Assembly: GCA_024137785.1 (NCBI GenBank)
Contig: JAHRHZ010000092.1
Span: 720,300-784,299, forward strand
Direction of reading: 5' to 3'
DNA length: 64,000 nucleotides
From: Ginglymostoma cirratum
Lineage: Eukaryota
Shown: positions 49,419 to 62,900 of the stretch, one piece after another
How the letters are laid out: every line of letters begins with the position of its first letter
Numbering within the stretch: the first letter of the stretch is position 1
Notes under the pieces: generated by a model
Databases searched by the model: none
Told to the model about the DNA's origin: nothing
Seen by the model: only the letters and a program-made list of their open reading frames with translations
Translations under genes and position numbers: made by a program

Positions 49419-50082
49419 ATGCGATTGATCGTCTTTGGTGGTTTCCTTCTAGCGCTTAGTATGTTATTCTCTTTTACGTTTCAAGTAGACGAAATGATTA
49501 AGGGTCTTTAAGTAATGTAGTACGGTGGTGACTTGTAAAATCAGAAAACAATTATTTAATAGAGTGTGGTATTTAATCTGATCTCTATGGTACAGAACTT
49601 TTTAAATTATTGCACTTGCGTGCAGGCATGTAGATTTCACTAATCCTGTTAGATTTGCGTGTTTCCAGTGACTAGTAAGAGATTAGAACAAAAAATGAAT
49701 TCCTATCGATAACCCGCTGTCACCGTACATTGTCTCAAGTGTGGCTTGAAAATTTTTTTTTTACCTCTAATTCCCATTCCAAGGTGGTTCCTGGGGTGAT
49801 GAGGTGCGTCAATGGCCCACTTCGCTAGCTCTCAACGTACGAGGATCAGCTGAAATGAATTGTGTGCAGGAAGGAACGCTTCGCGAAAACATGCTCTGGT
49901 ATCGTCAATCCGCTGATGGAAGCTTCACTTTAATCGGCTACGTGTACTTAGGGGAAGCTCAGTATGAAGAAGGTTTCAAGAGCGGCTTTCCGATTACAAG
50001 GACGATGGAAAATAAAAAAATCTACTTTGAGGATCGACAGCGTTAAACTCACGGACAGTGCAATTTATTTCTGTGCAGCTAG
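49419..50082 (+). pseudogene. TRBV: TCR beta V segment with a +1 frameshift in an A7 run; leader 49419-49458, V exon 49784-50082
   Basis: Leader MRLIVFGGFLLAL + A|GTATGT; DEVRQWP..MNC..MLWYRQ..LIGY..YEEGFKSGFPITRTMENKK, then shifted STLRIDSVKLTDSAIYFCAA. Confidence 0.88.
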
Positions 50083-50121
50083 CACATCACTCCATAGTCA
50101 CCGGAAACTGAGACAAAAACC
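50083..50121 (+). other. 23-RSS with degenerate heptamer
   Basis: CACATCA 50083-50089, 23-bp spacer, ACAAAAACC 50113-50121. Confidence 0.8.
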
Positions 50122-52714
50122 CTCGCACAAACTGATCTAGATTGATGTAATGTTACAGCGAATTAACAGAGGTACACTTCAAGAATGCGAGATTGTGAAA
50201 GTGCTGCACAGCCAAACCTGCACTTTAGGTGAACTGAGGGGGACCATAACTGCAAAATAAGTCCAAACATTTTTCAATACCGAATTCAGGAGAAATTCAG
50301 TGACTGGCGAGAATGTGGAAAATGGGCAAACATGCTAAATGCATTTAAGGTAACGTATAATTATCGAATGAGTGAGGCTGATATAAAAGGTTCAACTGAG
50401 AGAGTGAAGCAACGCTAGACCCTTACGCTTTAATCTGTGAGTTATATCACGTACAATTTTGTGTGGAGGATAAACTATGAAGGGATGGAGTGAATAATTA
50501 AAAGGCAGATAATGTCTGGTCGCGCACATAGGAAGCAAATTGGAAATGAATCCGCCACCAACCAGTCGGATTGTGAGGGTAGTTTGGTGTTTTGTGCGTC
50601 AGGGGTTCAACCACAGAGTGTCATTACTGTTGACCCGAGGCTAGTGACTTTTTCTTGCTCTGTGATGCAACACAGAAAGACACCATTCTAGGGCAGAATG
50701 GAAAAACTGAATTCGTGAGAGGGGAGGTAGGAGATTAAAAGTTAAAGTGTTAATCTTTTATAAAATATGGGACTACTTGCCTAAAATTTGGCAATTCATT
50801 TAACTTTGCTGTTTTAAGTCTAAAGTATTTTAGAGGCTTGGAATCAAGGAAAGCAAGCAAATCAAGTCCTCTGCTGCAGAACAGGTGACACTAGCAAATT
50901 GAGTATCTAAATAGTTTTTGTAACGGCCTGTAAGGAAAATGATCTCAAACTTGGTAATCATAAATGTGAGAGGCAATGCATTCTGTGCTCTGGTGTAGAG
51001 TGGCAAAACTACCAGTCTGATGAGAGGGAGTTTTAGTGATGGGGGGCACTTTTCTTTCCCTTTTCTTTCTGTATTTTTGGCCTCTGGTACACTACAGATG
51101 AAAAACTGAAAGAGGAAGATGAGTTTTGAAAACATTCCAAGTTGACAGCATAAAATTATGTTTGCCATAGACGGAGAGCAGAGAGATTCACTGGACTGAT
51201 TCCTGCAATGACAAGCTTGTCATATGAGGAGAATTTGAGTTGATTGGGCTTGCATTCACTTGAATGTTGAAACAGAATCTCATTGAAATATGTATAATGG
51301 TAGGACAAAATGTACTGGATGCAGGGACAATGTTTCACCTAGCTAGAGGGTGAAGAGCAAGCGGTCACAGTCCCAGGATAGGAGGTAACACTGTTTTAAA
51401 TGAGAAGAGGAGAAAAATGTTCAGAGACAGCACCTTCCAAACCTACAACTACTGCCATCTAGAGGGACAAAGGAAGAAAACACAGGGGAACACCACCACC
51501 TGCAAGTTCCCCGACAAGCCAGTCAGCCATCCTTACCGAGAAATTTATTATCGTTCCTTTGGTGTACCTGGGTCAAAATCCTGGAACTCCTTCATTGCCA
51601 TTGTACGTGTATGTACACAAAATTGATCATAGCAGCTCGTTACCACCTTCTCAATGTCAACTAGGAATAAGCAATAATTGCTAGCCCAGCCAACGTCGTT
51701 ATTATCTCATCAGTGAAGTTTTAAGAAAGGAAAAAATTTCACATAGGTAAACCTATGGAATTCTTTGCAACAGAAGACTGTGGAGGCCAACTCACTGATT
51801 TTTTTTTTAAAGAAATAAAAAGATTTCTAGAGGTTAAATCTGGCAAGGTGCATGAGGATAAAGAACCAACATTGAGTCTAAAGAGCATGATTGATGGACC
51901 AAAATGGCCTACTCCAACTCCTATTTTCAAGTTTTCTATGATTCAGTCCACTATGACTCAGACAGCACAATGAGGAGCTGTACAATTAGAATCATTGAAT
52001 CATGACAGCACAGAAGGAGGTCATTGGATCCCTTATTGATAGATCCAAGCTAGATCGCTGGAACAGCAGCTCAGTTAGTCCCTTTTCCCTGTTGTTCACC
52101 CATAGCTCTTATTCTCCCTTCAGGTCACTATGCAATTCTCTTTTGAAAGCCACTATTCGATCTGCTTCCATCACATCTTCAGACATTATATTCCAGATCC
52201 TAAACACTCTCTGCATTTTAAAAAAAAAAGTGATTCCTTGTGTTACTCTTGCTCTTATTACCAATCACCTTCAATGGGTGTCTTCTGGTTCTTACTTGTA
52301 TGAAGGGTCTAAAGGTATAGTAAGTAAAACTACTGAAGATATACATCTTTCTACTTTCAGACTGGAATCTAAGTTGTCAAGAAGAGGGAAATTGTCTGCA
52401 AAGGGAAATATGGAGCTCAACTGTTTGGGCAAAAAGTAGGCAGTTGTAGTATTATATGATGACACATGAACTTATCTAACGTGGTAGGAAGCGTACAAAA
52501 CCAGTATACTATTTGAATTGAGAAAGATCACAGACCCCTACAGTACAAAGGGACATCTACCCAGGAAATGTGGGAGTCATTCCGGCCTTCAGGTGAGACT
52601 GAAACTATGTGGTTTCAAGTCCCCGCTCCCCAGCATGCTCCTGGCAAATGTGCAAACTGTTTAAAACAAGCTGGATAAATTTAAAGCTAGACTCAACTTC
52701 CAAATAGAATTGAA

Positions 52715-53267
52715 CATAGACCATGGAACAGTGCAGCACAGTACAGGCCCTTCGGCCCACGATGTTGTGCCAAACTTTTACGCTAAACCTAAGGTCTATC
52801 TAACCTCCACTGCTACCTTATACTATCATCCATATGCCTATCTAATAGCTGCTTAAATGCCCCTAACGAGGCTGACTCCACTACCCTCTCCGGCAATGCA
52901 TTCCACGCCCCTACCACTCTCTGAGTAAAGAACCTACTTATGACATCTCCCCGATATCTACCTCCTTTCACTTTAAAACTATGTCCCCTCGTAAAAGCTA
53001 CCTCCACCCTAGGAAAAAGTCTCTGGCTGTCCACTCTATCCATACCTCTGACCATTTTGTACACCTCTATCAAGTCACCTCTCATCCTTCGTCGTTCTAA
53101 ACAGAAAAGCCTTAGCTCTCTCAACCCTTCCTTGTAAGACCTTACCTCCATTCCAGGCAACATCCTGGTAAATCTCCTCTGCACCTTTTCTAACACTTCC
53201 ACATCTTTCCTATAATGAGGTGACCAGACTTGGACACAACACTCCAGATGTGGCCGAACCAGGCTTT
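52715..53267 (-). mobile_element. CR1 3' end
   Basis: ORF 52813-53202 LEKVQRRFTRMLPG..FFTQRVVGAWNALP. Confidence 0.88.
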
Positions 53268-54409
53268 GAGAGACTGCTGTGTGTTCTGTTTTACAGAGAC
53301 TTGGCTCACTGCTGCTACACTTGACTGTGCCTTACAATCCAAGGTTTCCCTATTCAGCGGATAGACCAGCCAGTGTCTTCGGGCCAGGCAAGGAGCGTTG
53401 GGTCTTACTCCTAACCAACACCACCTGGTGGTCAGACGTAGTGACCCTAGTGAGTTTAATGCCCTCCTGAAGACTGAAAATATCTGACTGGTGAAGTGCT
53501 GTCCCCATTACCTGCTAAGCAAATTCGCCTCTGTTATCCTGACAGCAGTCTATATCGCACCCAATGAGGAAGTGACAAATGCAATTAATAAAGTATACAT
53601 GGTACAAACAGTATTGGGATGGAATACCCAAGACCTTGTTCATCACAGTTGATGACAGTAAGCAGGCCAACTTTAAGAATCAAGTTACTAAAATACCATC
53701 AACACCTCTACTTTCTCACCAGATGTCCAAACATCCTTGAGCATTGTTACACAACCATCAAAGATGGCTACTGCTCCAACCTCCAGCCCTCTCCCCACCC
53801 AATCTGCATTTTGGAAAGTCAGATCACAGGCTGTGCTCCTCCTTCCAGCTCACAAGTAAAAATTGAAGTGTGAGGACCCAGTACGGAAACTAATGAAGTG
53901 TTAGTCTGAGGCAACAGAAGAGCTTCTACAGGACTGCTTAGAATCAATAGACTGTACACATTCAAGAACCCAGCAGCCAACCTAAATGAGTATGCTACTA
54001 CCAATGCAGACTTTGTAGTAAGTGTGTAGAAGACTGTATGCCAAAGAACTTAATCTAAATGATCCCCAATCAGAAACCAAGGATGAAGCAGGAGGTCCAC
54101 TCCCTAATGAAGTGTTGGTCTGAGACGTTCAAGTCTGGTGACACTAATCTATACAGGAAATCTAGGTATGACCTTCACAAAGCCATCAGAGATGCCAAGA
54201 GGCAATAGCAATCGAAGTTAAAGACCCAGACTAACCGCACGGACACCCATCATTTGTGGCAGGGCTTACACAACATAATGGGCTACAAAATAAAATCGAA
54301 TGGAATCACAGGCAAGAATGTATCCCTTTGCCGTGAGCTCAATGTAGTCTGTGACCGCTTTGAACAGAAGGTCAGTGAAACAATGTCACCTGACCCAACA
54401 GCCTCAGGT

Positions 54410-56960
54410 ACATCATCATCATCATCAACGGCCGTCCCTCGCATGCAAGGATGACTCTCTTCCACTCTCAGGATGAATCTGTAGGTGTCTGTACAGACTA
54501 ATGTGGCTACCAGAGGGTCTGTTACAAGTGGGGCAGGCAGTGATCATGGGAAGAAATGCGTCTGGCATTCATGTGGCAGCATGCTCCTTTCACTGTTTTC
54601 CTCTGGCTTCCATTATTTCTCAACAGCAAGCCTTGAAGTGCTCAACATCTTCCCTTGGATGTTCCTCCTCCACTTTGAGCAGTCTTGCACCAGTGATTCC
54701 CAAGTGTCTGTGGGAATGCTGCAGTTTGCCAGTGAGTCCTTGAGGGTATCACCAAAGCACTTCTTCTGTCAACCTGGGGCTTGCCTACCATTTCAAACCT
54801 GCTTAGTGAGTCTCATTTGGTCATGAGCATGACATGACCAGCCCATCATAGCCAGTCAAGGGTGGTCAGCATCTTGATGTTAGGAGTGTTGGCCTGGTCG
54901 AGGACGCAGGTGTTGGTGCATCTTTCTTCCCAGTAGATTCACCGGATCTTGTGTAGGCAGCATTGGTGGTACTGCTCCAGTGCCTTGAGGTGTCAGCTTT
55001 GGACAGTCCATGTCTCAAAACTATATAGGAGGGTGGGAACCACCACAGCTCTGTAAACAATGATCTTGGTGTCAGATCTGATGTTGTTCTCAAACACACT
55101 TTTCGTCAGGTGGCTGAAAGCTGCACTAGTACACTGTAGGCAATGCTGGATCTCTTCATCAATAGCTGCTTTGGCTGACAGGACACTTCCGGGGCATTGG
55201 AAGTGGTCAACGTTCTCTGAGCCCTCCCTGTGGATGTGGATGATCAAGGGTTTGCTCCACAATGCCAGGCCAGATTGATGAGGGACCTTTGTCTTATGGT
55301 TCAGGGTGAGACTCATGCTATCATATGCCTCCATACCATTGCTGACGATGGTCGGGAGTATGTCCTCTGAGTTTGCACATACAGAAGCATCATCTGTGTA
55401 CTGCAGCTCAATGACACTGGTTGGAATGACTGTAGTTTTGGCTTGAAGGCAGCTGAATAATTTCTCACAGGTTCTGTAAGTTAGCTGCACTCCAGCAGGG
55501 AGCTTGTTCACAGTGAGATGAAATATTGCAGTGAGGTAGTTCGAGAACAATGTTGGGGTGATGACGCAGCCCTGCTTGACGTCGGTTCAAATGGGGAATG
55601 TCATTATCACGTCTTCCATGTTGTCATAGAGAGGTGAAGGATGGTGGTAAATATCATGGTGCAACCAAAGCAGAGAAGGACACTCCATAATGTTTCAAAG
55701 AACAAAGAACAAAGAAAATTACAGCACAGGAACAGGCCCTTCAGCCCTCCAAGCCTGCGCCGATCAAGATCCTCTGTCTAAACCTGTCATCTATTTTCTA
55801 AGGGTCTGTAGCCCTTTGCTCCCTGTCCATCCATGTACCTGTCCAGATACATCTTAAAAGGCACTAACGTGTCTGCGTCCACGACCTCCGCTGGCAACGC
55901 ATTCCAGGCACCCACCACCCTCTGCGTAAAGAACTTTCCACGCATATCTCCCGTAAACTTCCCTCCTCTCACTTTGAACTCATAACCCCTAGTAAGTGAG
56001 TCCGCAACTCTGGGAAAAAGCTTCTTGCTATCCACCTTGTCTATACCCCTCATGATTTTGTAGACCTCAATCAGGTCCCCCCTCAATCTCCGTCTTTCTA
56101 ATGAAAATAATCCTAGTCTACTCAACCTTTCTTCATAGCTAGCGCCCTCCATACCAGGCAACATCCTGGTGAACCTCCTCTGCACTCTCTCCAAAGCATC
56201 CTCATCCTTTTGGTAATGTGGCGACCAGAACTGTACGCAGTACTCTAAATGTGGCCAAACCAAAGTCTTATACAACTGTAACATGTTTCCTGATTGATGT
56301 TTCTAGGGTTGAAGGAGCCCATGTACAAGGGCAGGTTCTTTTCTCTGCACTTCTCCTGCAGCTTTTACACAGTGAAAATCATGTCTGTTGTGCTCCTCTG
56401 TTGTCAAAAGCCACACTACAACTCTGAGAGAATTTCCTCAGCCACAAGGAGGAGTTGGTTGAGGAGGACCTTGGTGATAACTTTTCCAACAGTCAGCAGC
56501 AGGGACGTCACCTGTAGTTACCACAGTCAGACTTGTCCCCTTTTTTGAAAATACTCACAGCTGTGGCATCTAGGAGCTCTCCTGGGATGCTCTTCTCCTT
56601 CCAGATAAGGCAGACAAGGTTGTGTAGATGCAGCAGGATCTCTTGCCTCCACACTTCACTGCCTCAGCAAGGATATCATCTGCTCCTTCAGCCTTGTTGT
56701 TCTTAAGTTAGTGGATAGCCTTCTCTACTTCGTGCAGGGCTGGAGTGTTGCTGGGCTCATGGTGTGTAGTATGCTATGGAATGCATTCTAAGACACTAGG
56801 ATCAACAACAGAGCCTTGGGTGAGGAGGTCTTTGAAGTGCTTCCCCCAGTATTTTTTAATAGCTTCTTTATCTTTGATAAGAGTCACTCAATTCTTGGCC
56901 AGCAGTAGGGTGGGGCCTTGTGTGTTTGGTGCATTTGGGGTCTTGTCAGTACAGAAGAAA
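54410..56960 (-). mobile_element. RTE-clade LINE remnant
   Basis: GVKQGCVI.P-like sequence, IELQYTDD, VDHF..PGSVLS, YRAVVVPTLLYSFETWT; (gat)n tail at 54410-54426. Confidence 0.78.
55697..56285 (-). mobile_element. Young CR1 3' end nested in the RTE element
   Basis: ORF 55787-56284; (ttctttg)n tail. Confidence 0.9.
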
Positions 56961-58701
56961 CCATGCATGCCATAATTGTCAACCATTCAATGGGCCTCCG
57001 GTGCTTTCTCCACCTACCACCTGTTCTTTACATTCGTGGGTTTGTTTTTGGTCCTCTGCCTTCAGTTGCCTGTAGGTTTGCCTTTTCTCTTCCAAGTGCA
57101 GTTGTTGTTTTATACTCAGAAATGGACCTGTACCCACAGTCACCACCGCAGATCTTAGATCAGCCTTTTTAAGAGTGAACCCATGGAAAGCAACTGGCCC
57201 AGTAGGAGTCCCAGCCGTGCACTCAGATCCTATGTGGACCAGGTGGCGAGAGTATTCACTGAGATCTTTAACCTCGCCTTACGATGATCTGAAGTTCCCA
57301 CCTGCTTCAAGAAGACTGCCATCATCCCAATGCCAAAAAAATTCATGCAGTGTGCCTCAGTGACTACTGCCCAGTCGTTCTGACCTCCATAATTATGAAG
57401 GGCTTTGAGAAGTTAATCTTTGAGAGGCTGTCATCAACTCCAGCATCCCACATTGCCTTGATCCTCTGCAATTTGCTTACCATTGCAACAGATCCATGGT
57501 AGATGTCATCTCCCTGGCCCTACACTCATCCCTGGATCATTTAGATAACAAAAATACCTACATCAGGCTCTTACTTATTGGCTACAGCTCCACCTTCAGC
57601 ACCATAATACCAAACAAACTCATCTCCAAACTCCAAGACCTATGTCTCTGCTCCTCACCTCTGCAATTGAATCCTCGACTTCATGACCAAGAGACACCAA
57701 ATTCTGCCCACCTACATTTACAAGTTTGCTGATGACATCACAGTTGTAGTTCGGATGTCAGACAATGATGAGAAAGAGTACAGGAAAGAGATAGAATGCT
57801 TAGCTATGTGGTGTAAAAATAACAATCTTCCATCAATGTCAGCAAAACAAAGACCCTGGTCATTGACTTCAGGAAGCAGAGTGGAGACCATGCCCCATTT
57901 GCATCAATATAGCTGAGGTGTAGATGACCAAGAGCATCAACTTCCTGGGAGTGATGATCACCAACATTCTGTCCTGGTCCATCTACATTGATGCAGTTGT
58001 CAATAAAGCACAGCAACACCTCTACTTTCTCAAGAGGCTAGGGAACTTCATCATGTCCATAAAGACTCTTATCAATTTCTATAGAAATACCATAGGAAGC
58101 ATACCATCTGGGTGTATCATAGCATGGTAAGGCAACTGCTCTTCCTAAGTCCTCATGAAGCTACAGAGAGTCAGGAACACAGCCCAGCCATCACGCAAAC
58201 CAGCCTTCCATCTATTGGCTCCATCTGTACTTCTCACTGACTGTCCCCACTCCATGCGAGCCTCAAGCCCACTGGTCATCCCTGCTCTGCATGACCCTCC
58301 AGCACACTGTCCAGTCCCACTCCACTTGGGGTCCACCAGCTGTCCCACATCACTCAGGCCTCCAGCCCACTCTACCTTAGGAGAGAACACCAACACGGGG
58401 GAAAAAGAGAGAAGAAAAAAAAATTTGGCAGAATAGGTGACAAAAATCTACTCGTGCTGCCATGGCCTCAGATTTAATGTAATTCGAAGAATTATTGATT
58501 GGGGATACAAGAATTTTTTACAAAGCCAAATTCCAATATCTTATATGCCCATCATTAAAAGATCGTATGGTCAAATTGATTCTTCACTTTCAAAAAGATA
58601 AATGGTTAAATGAATGAAAGTGTGAAAAGCAAAGTAAAGTGCAGGGAAGAAGCAGAGGGGGCCAGCATGGGTGTATAAAATTGTTAATTACACCTTGCTC
58701 A

Positions 58702-59425
58702 TGTAAGATGGCAGTGATGGCCTCCTATGTATGGGTTTCTCATGTCTAAATATTGATTAAACCTATTTGTTGCTTGTTGTGTTTTTTTGACAATGCTGTC
58801 ACTTTAAGAGGTCATTTTGTCCTGATGTTTTTTTGAAGAGAGGTTGTAAGGCAGAGGCACGGAGTTGTCTTGAAGGAAGTAAACAACTTATGAGGCCTTG
58901 GTTCTTTTTAAAATTGGAACAATGGAAGCAGCTCTCACAGACCTGACCTAGTTTTTTTTTTTAATTTTTAAGTTTAGTTTTAAGCAGAAGCCTTTGGAGT
59001 CTCAAAAGAGTTGGAAGCGTCAGTGAATGTCTTTTAGCTGCTACTTTCTCTGAATTTTCCCTTCATGTATTTTCTTCCTGGATTGGAGAGCTGCATGTCG
59101 GAATCTGTGTCTGAACCTGCCTTTTTGCCAAGGGATGTGTTAATGGAATGGTACTATATTGGAGCAGTTAATTAGTGATAGTTACTATATCTATTATTTG
59201 GTTAAGTTTTCCAATAGTTAAGTTATTCCACTTTCCTCTTTCTTTCTTTTGTTTTTATTTTAACTATGGTGTTTAAATAAATTATGTTTTACTTAAACTC
59301 AAGTAGTTTGACCATTTGCATCGCATCTGCCACACAGCACTTCACGTCTACCTTTAAAATAAGAAAAGTTAGGGTCCAGGCTACCCTTTTAAAATATTTT
59401 GAGAGGGTCTGGTAGGCCTGTAACA
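58702..59425 (+). mobile_element. Possible solo LTR
   Basis: TGTAA...TAACA ends with AATAAA near 59276; no clear TSD. Confidence 0.3.
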
Positions 59426-59974
59426 GTTTAAAATCATGTTTTGATTTCAGTTCACCAGAACGGGGCTGGTGCTAATTGGAAATTGTTTGGTCCTCAGAAC
59501 TGCAAATGGAACTGACATTTAGCACGAGATTCGCATCATGCCAACAGAAGTAAGACAGGAAGTCCATTCTGAGTATCAGCCACCTAACACCCAACAATGC
59601 CAAGGTTGATACACAATTTTGATGACACACTTACTGCCTGAAGTTCTAAAACTTATAGGTGAAGGCTGGGCAAATTAATTCTGCTTGTGGGACTTCATTC
59701 CCATTTTTTACCTATATCATTGGTGCCTAAATGCACCACGACAGCTGGCTGTTCACCCTCCCTCTTCAGAATGTCCTGCAGTCAATCTGAGACATCACTG
59801 TACCTGAGGTCAGTGGTGGCAGAGCATGAAATATGGAAATAAAAATTAATCAACATACTTTCTCCGATCCTTTTGCCATGAGGGACACCAAATCGGTACA
59901 CTTGCCATCAGTGTCAATTGCTTGGAGATGACAAATATTAGCCTTGTACCCACATCCTCCATTTTTTGCAACAG

Positions 59975-62900
59975 CAGCAGCGTGAGCAGTGAGAGCGAGG
60001 ACCAGGGGGCTGCTGGGAGGTAAGTTCTTCATTTCGGCAGCGGACCTGAGTGGGAGTGGTCGAATTGCGCTCTGGGAAGGTGAGTGAACTGATATATTTG
60101 GGCTGATATATCTGGAGCTACAGATGGACTCACTTTGGAGCATCCGCGATACTGAGAAAGTCGTGGATAGCACATTCAGCAAATTGGTCACACCGCTGAG
60201 GGAGAAAGGGAACAGGTGACCAAAAGGCAAAAAAAAAGCAGGAATGCAGGTGTCCTCTGCGGGCGTCTCCCTCCAAAACAGGTATACCATTTTGGATACT
60301 GTTAGGGAAGATGGCTCACCAGGGGAAGGCAGCAGTCGCCAGGTTCATGGCACCGTGGCTGGCTCTGCTGTGCAAAAGGGCAGGCAAAAGAGTGGAACGG
60401 CTACAGTCATAGGGGTCTTGATTGTAAGGGGAGTAGATAGGCGGTTCTGTGGTCAAAAATGAGACTCCTGAATGCTATGTTGCCTCCCAGGTGCAGGGGT
60501 CAGGGATGTCTCAGATTGACTGCAGGACATTCTGAAGAGGGAGGGTGAACAGCCAGCTGTCGTGGTGCATTTAGGCACCAATGATATAGGTAAAAAATGG
60601 GAATGAAGTCCCACAAGCAGAATTTAGGGAGTTAAGAGCCAAGTTAAAAAGTAGGACCTCAGAGGTAGTAATCTCAGGATTGCTACCAGTGTCACTAGTC
60701 AGAGTAGAAATGAAAGAATGGGCAGGTTAACTGAATGGCTTGAGAGATGGTACAGGAGGAGGGGTTCAGATTTTTGGGACATTGGGACCGGTTCTGGGGG
60801 AGGTGGGACTATGACAAATCGGACAGTCTACACCTGGGCAGGACTGGAACCAATGTCCTAGGGGGTGCTTTTGCTAATGCTGTTGGGGAGGGTATAAACT
60901 AATGTGGCAGGGGGATGGGAACCAAATGAGGAGGTTAGTGGACAGTAAGGAGGTAGTAACTAAAGCCTGTAAGGAACGAGATAATGAAGTCACTGTGACA
61001 AAGGGGAAAAGGAGACAGACAGCAGATGATGAACACAAAGGGACAGGTGGTCTGAGGTGCATTTGTTTTAATGCGAGAAGTGTAGTAGGTAAGGCAGATG
61101 AACTTAGGGCTTGAATTAGTACCTGGGAGTATGATGTTATTGCTATTACTGAGACTTGGTTGAAGGAAGGGCATGATTGGCAACTAAATATCCCAGGATA
61201 TAGATGCTTCAGGAGGGATAGAGAGGGAGGTAAAAGGGGTAGAGGAGTTGCATTACTGGTCAAAGAGGATATCACAACTGTGTTGAAGGAGGGCACTATG
61301 GAGGACTCGAGCAGTGAGGCAATATGGGCAGAGCTCAGAAGTAGGAAGGGTGCTGGAACAATGTTGGGGCTGTACTACAGGCCTCCCAACAGCGAGCGTG
61401 AGATAGAGGTACAAATATGTAAACAGATTATGGAATGATTTAGGAGCAACAGGGTGGTGGTGATGGGATAATTTAATTTTCACAACATTGACTGGGAGTC
61501 ACTTAGTGTTAGGGCTTTAGATGGAGCAGAATTTGTAAGGAGCATCCAGGAGGGTTTTCTAGGGCAGTATGTAAATAGTCCAACTCGGGAAGGGGCCATA
61601 CTGGACCTGGTGTTGGGGAATGAGCCTGGTCAGGTGGTTGAAATTTCAGTAGGGGATTACTTTGGGAATAGTGATCACAATTCCGTAAGTTTTAGAATAC
61701 TGATGGACAAAGAGGAGAGTGGTCCTAAAGGAAGAGTGCTAAATTGGGGGAAGGCCAACTGTAGCAAGATTCAGCAGGAGCTGGGGAATGTGGATTGGGA
61801 ACAGCTGTTTGAGGGTGAATCCACATTTTATATGTGGGAGACTTTTAAAGAGATGTTGATTAGAGTGCAGGACAGACATGTTCCTGTGAAAATGAGGGAT
61901 AGAAATGGCAAGATTAGGGAACCATGGATGACAGGTGAAATTGTGAGACTAGCAAAGAGGAAAAAGAAAGCATACATAAGGTCTAGGCAACTGAAAACGG
62001 ATGAAGCTTTGAAAGAATATCGGGAAAGTAGGACCAATCTGAAACAAGGAATTAAGAGGGCTAAAAGGGGTCATGAAATATCTTTAGCAAACGGGGTTAA
62101 GGAAAATCCCAAAGCCTTTATTCATACATAAGGAGCAAGATGGTAACTAGAGAAAGGGTTGGCCCACTCAAGGACAAAGGAGGGAAGTTATTCGAGAAGT
62201 CAGAGAAATTCTTAATGCGTACTTTGCGTCGGTAATCACATGACAGATGTTGAGGTTAGGGATAGATGATTGATTACTCTAGGTCAAGTCAGCATAAGGA
62301 GGGGGAAGGTGTTGGGTATTCCAAAAGGCATTAGGGTGGACACGTTCTCAAGTCTGGATGGGGTCTATCCCAAGTTACTGAGGGAAGCGAGAGAGGAAAT
62401 AGCTTGGCCTTAACAGATATCTTTGCAGCATCCTTGAGCACGGGTGAGGTCCCAGGGGACTGGAGAATTGCTAATGTTGTCCCCTCGTTTAAGAAAGGTA
62501 GCAAGGATAATCCAGATAATTGTAGACCAGTGAGCCTGATGTCAGTGGTGGGGAAGCTAGTGGAGAAGATACTGAGGGATAGGCAGCATGGTTTTGTGCA
62601 GGGAAGGTCATGTCTTACCAACTTGATAGAATTCTTTGAGGAAGTGACAAAGTTGATAGATGAGGGAAGGGCTGTAAATGTCATATACATGGGCTTCAGT
62701 AAGGTGTTTGATAAGGGTCCCCATGGTAGGCTAATGGAGAAAGTGAAGTCACATGGGGTCCAGGGTGTACTAGCTAGATGGATAGAGAACTGGCTGGGCA
62801 ACAGGAGACAGAGAGTTGTTGTGGAAGGGAGTTTCTCAAACTAGAGAACTGTGACCAGTGGTGTTCCACAGGGATCCGTGTTGGGACCACTGTTGTTTGT

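Larger units (their letters stand above)
53450..58225 (+). mobile_element. Rex1/Babar-type LINE remnants (~53450-54405 and ~57160-58225) split by an RTE insertion
   Basis: KATGPVGVP, DVISLALHSSLDHLDNKNTYIRLLLI.YSS.F.TIIP, YKFADD..DEKEYRKEI, KAQQHLYFLKRL. Confidence 0.75.
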
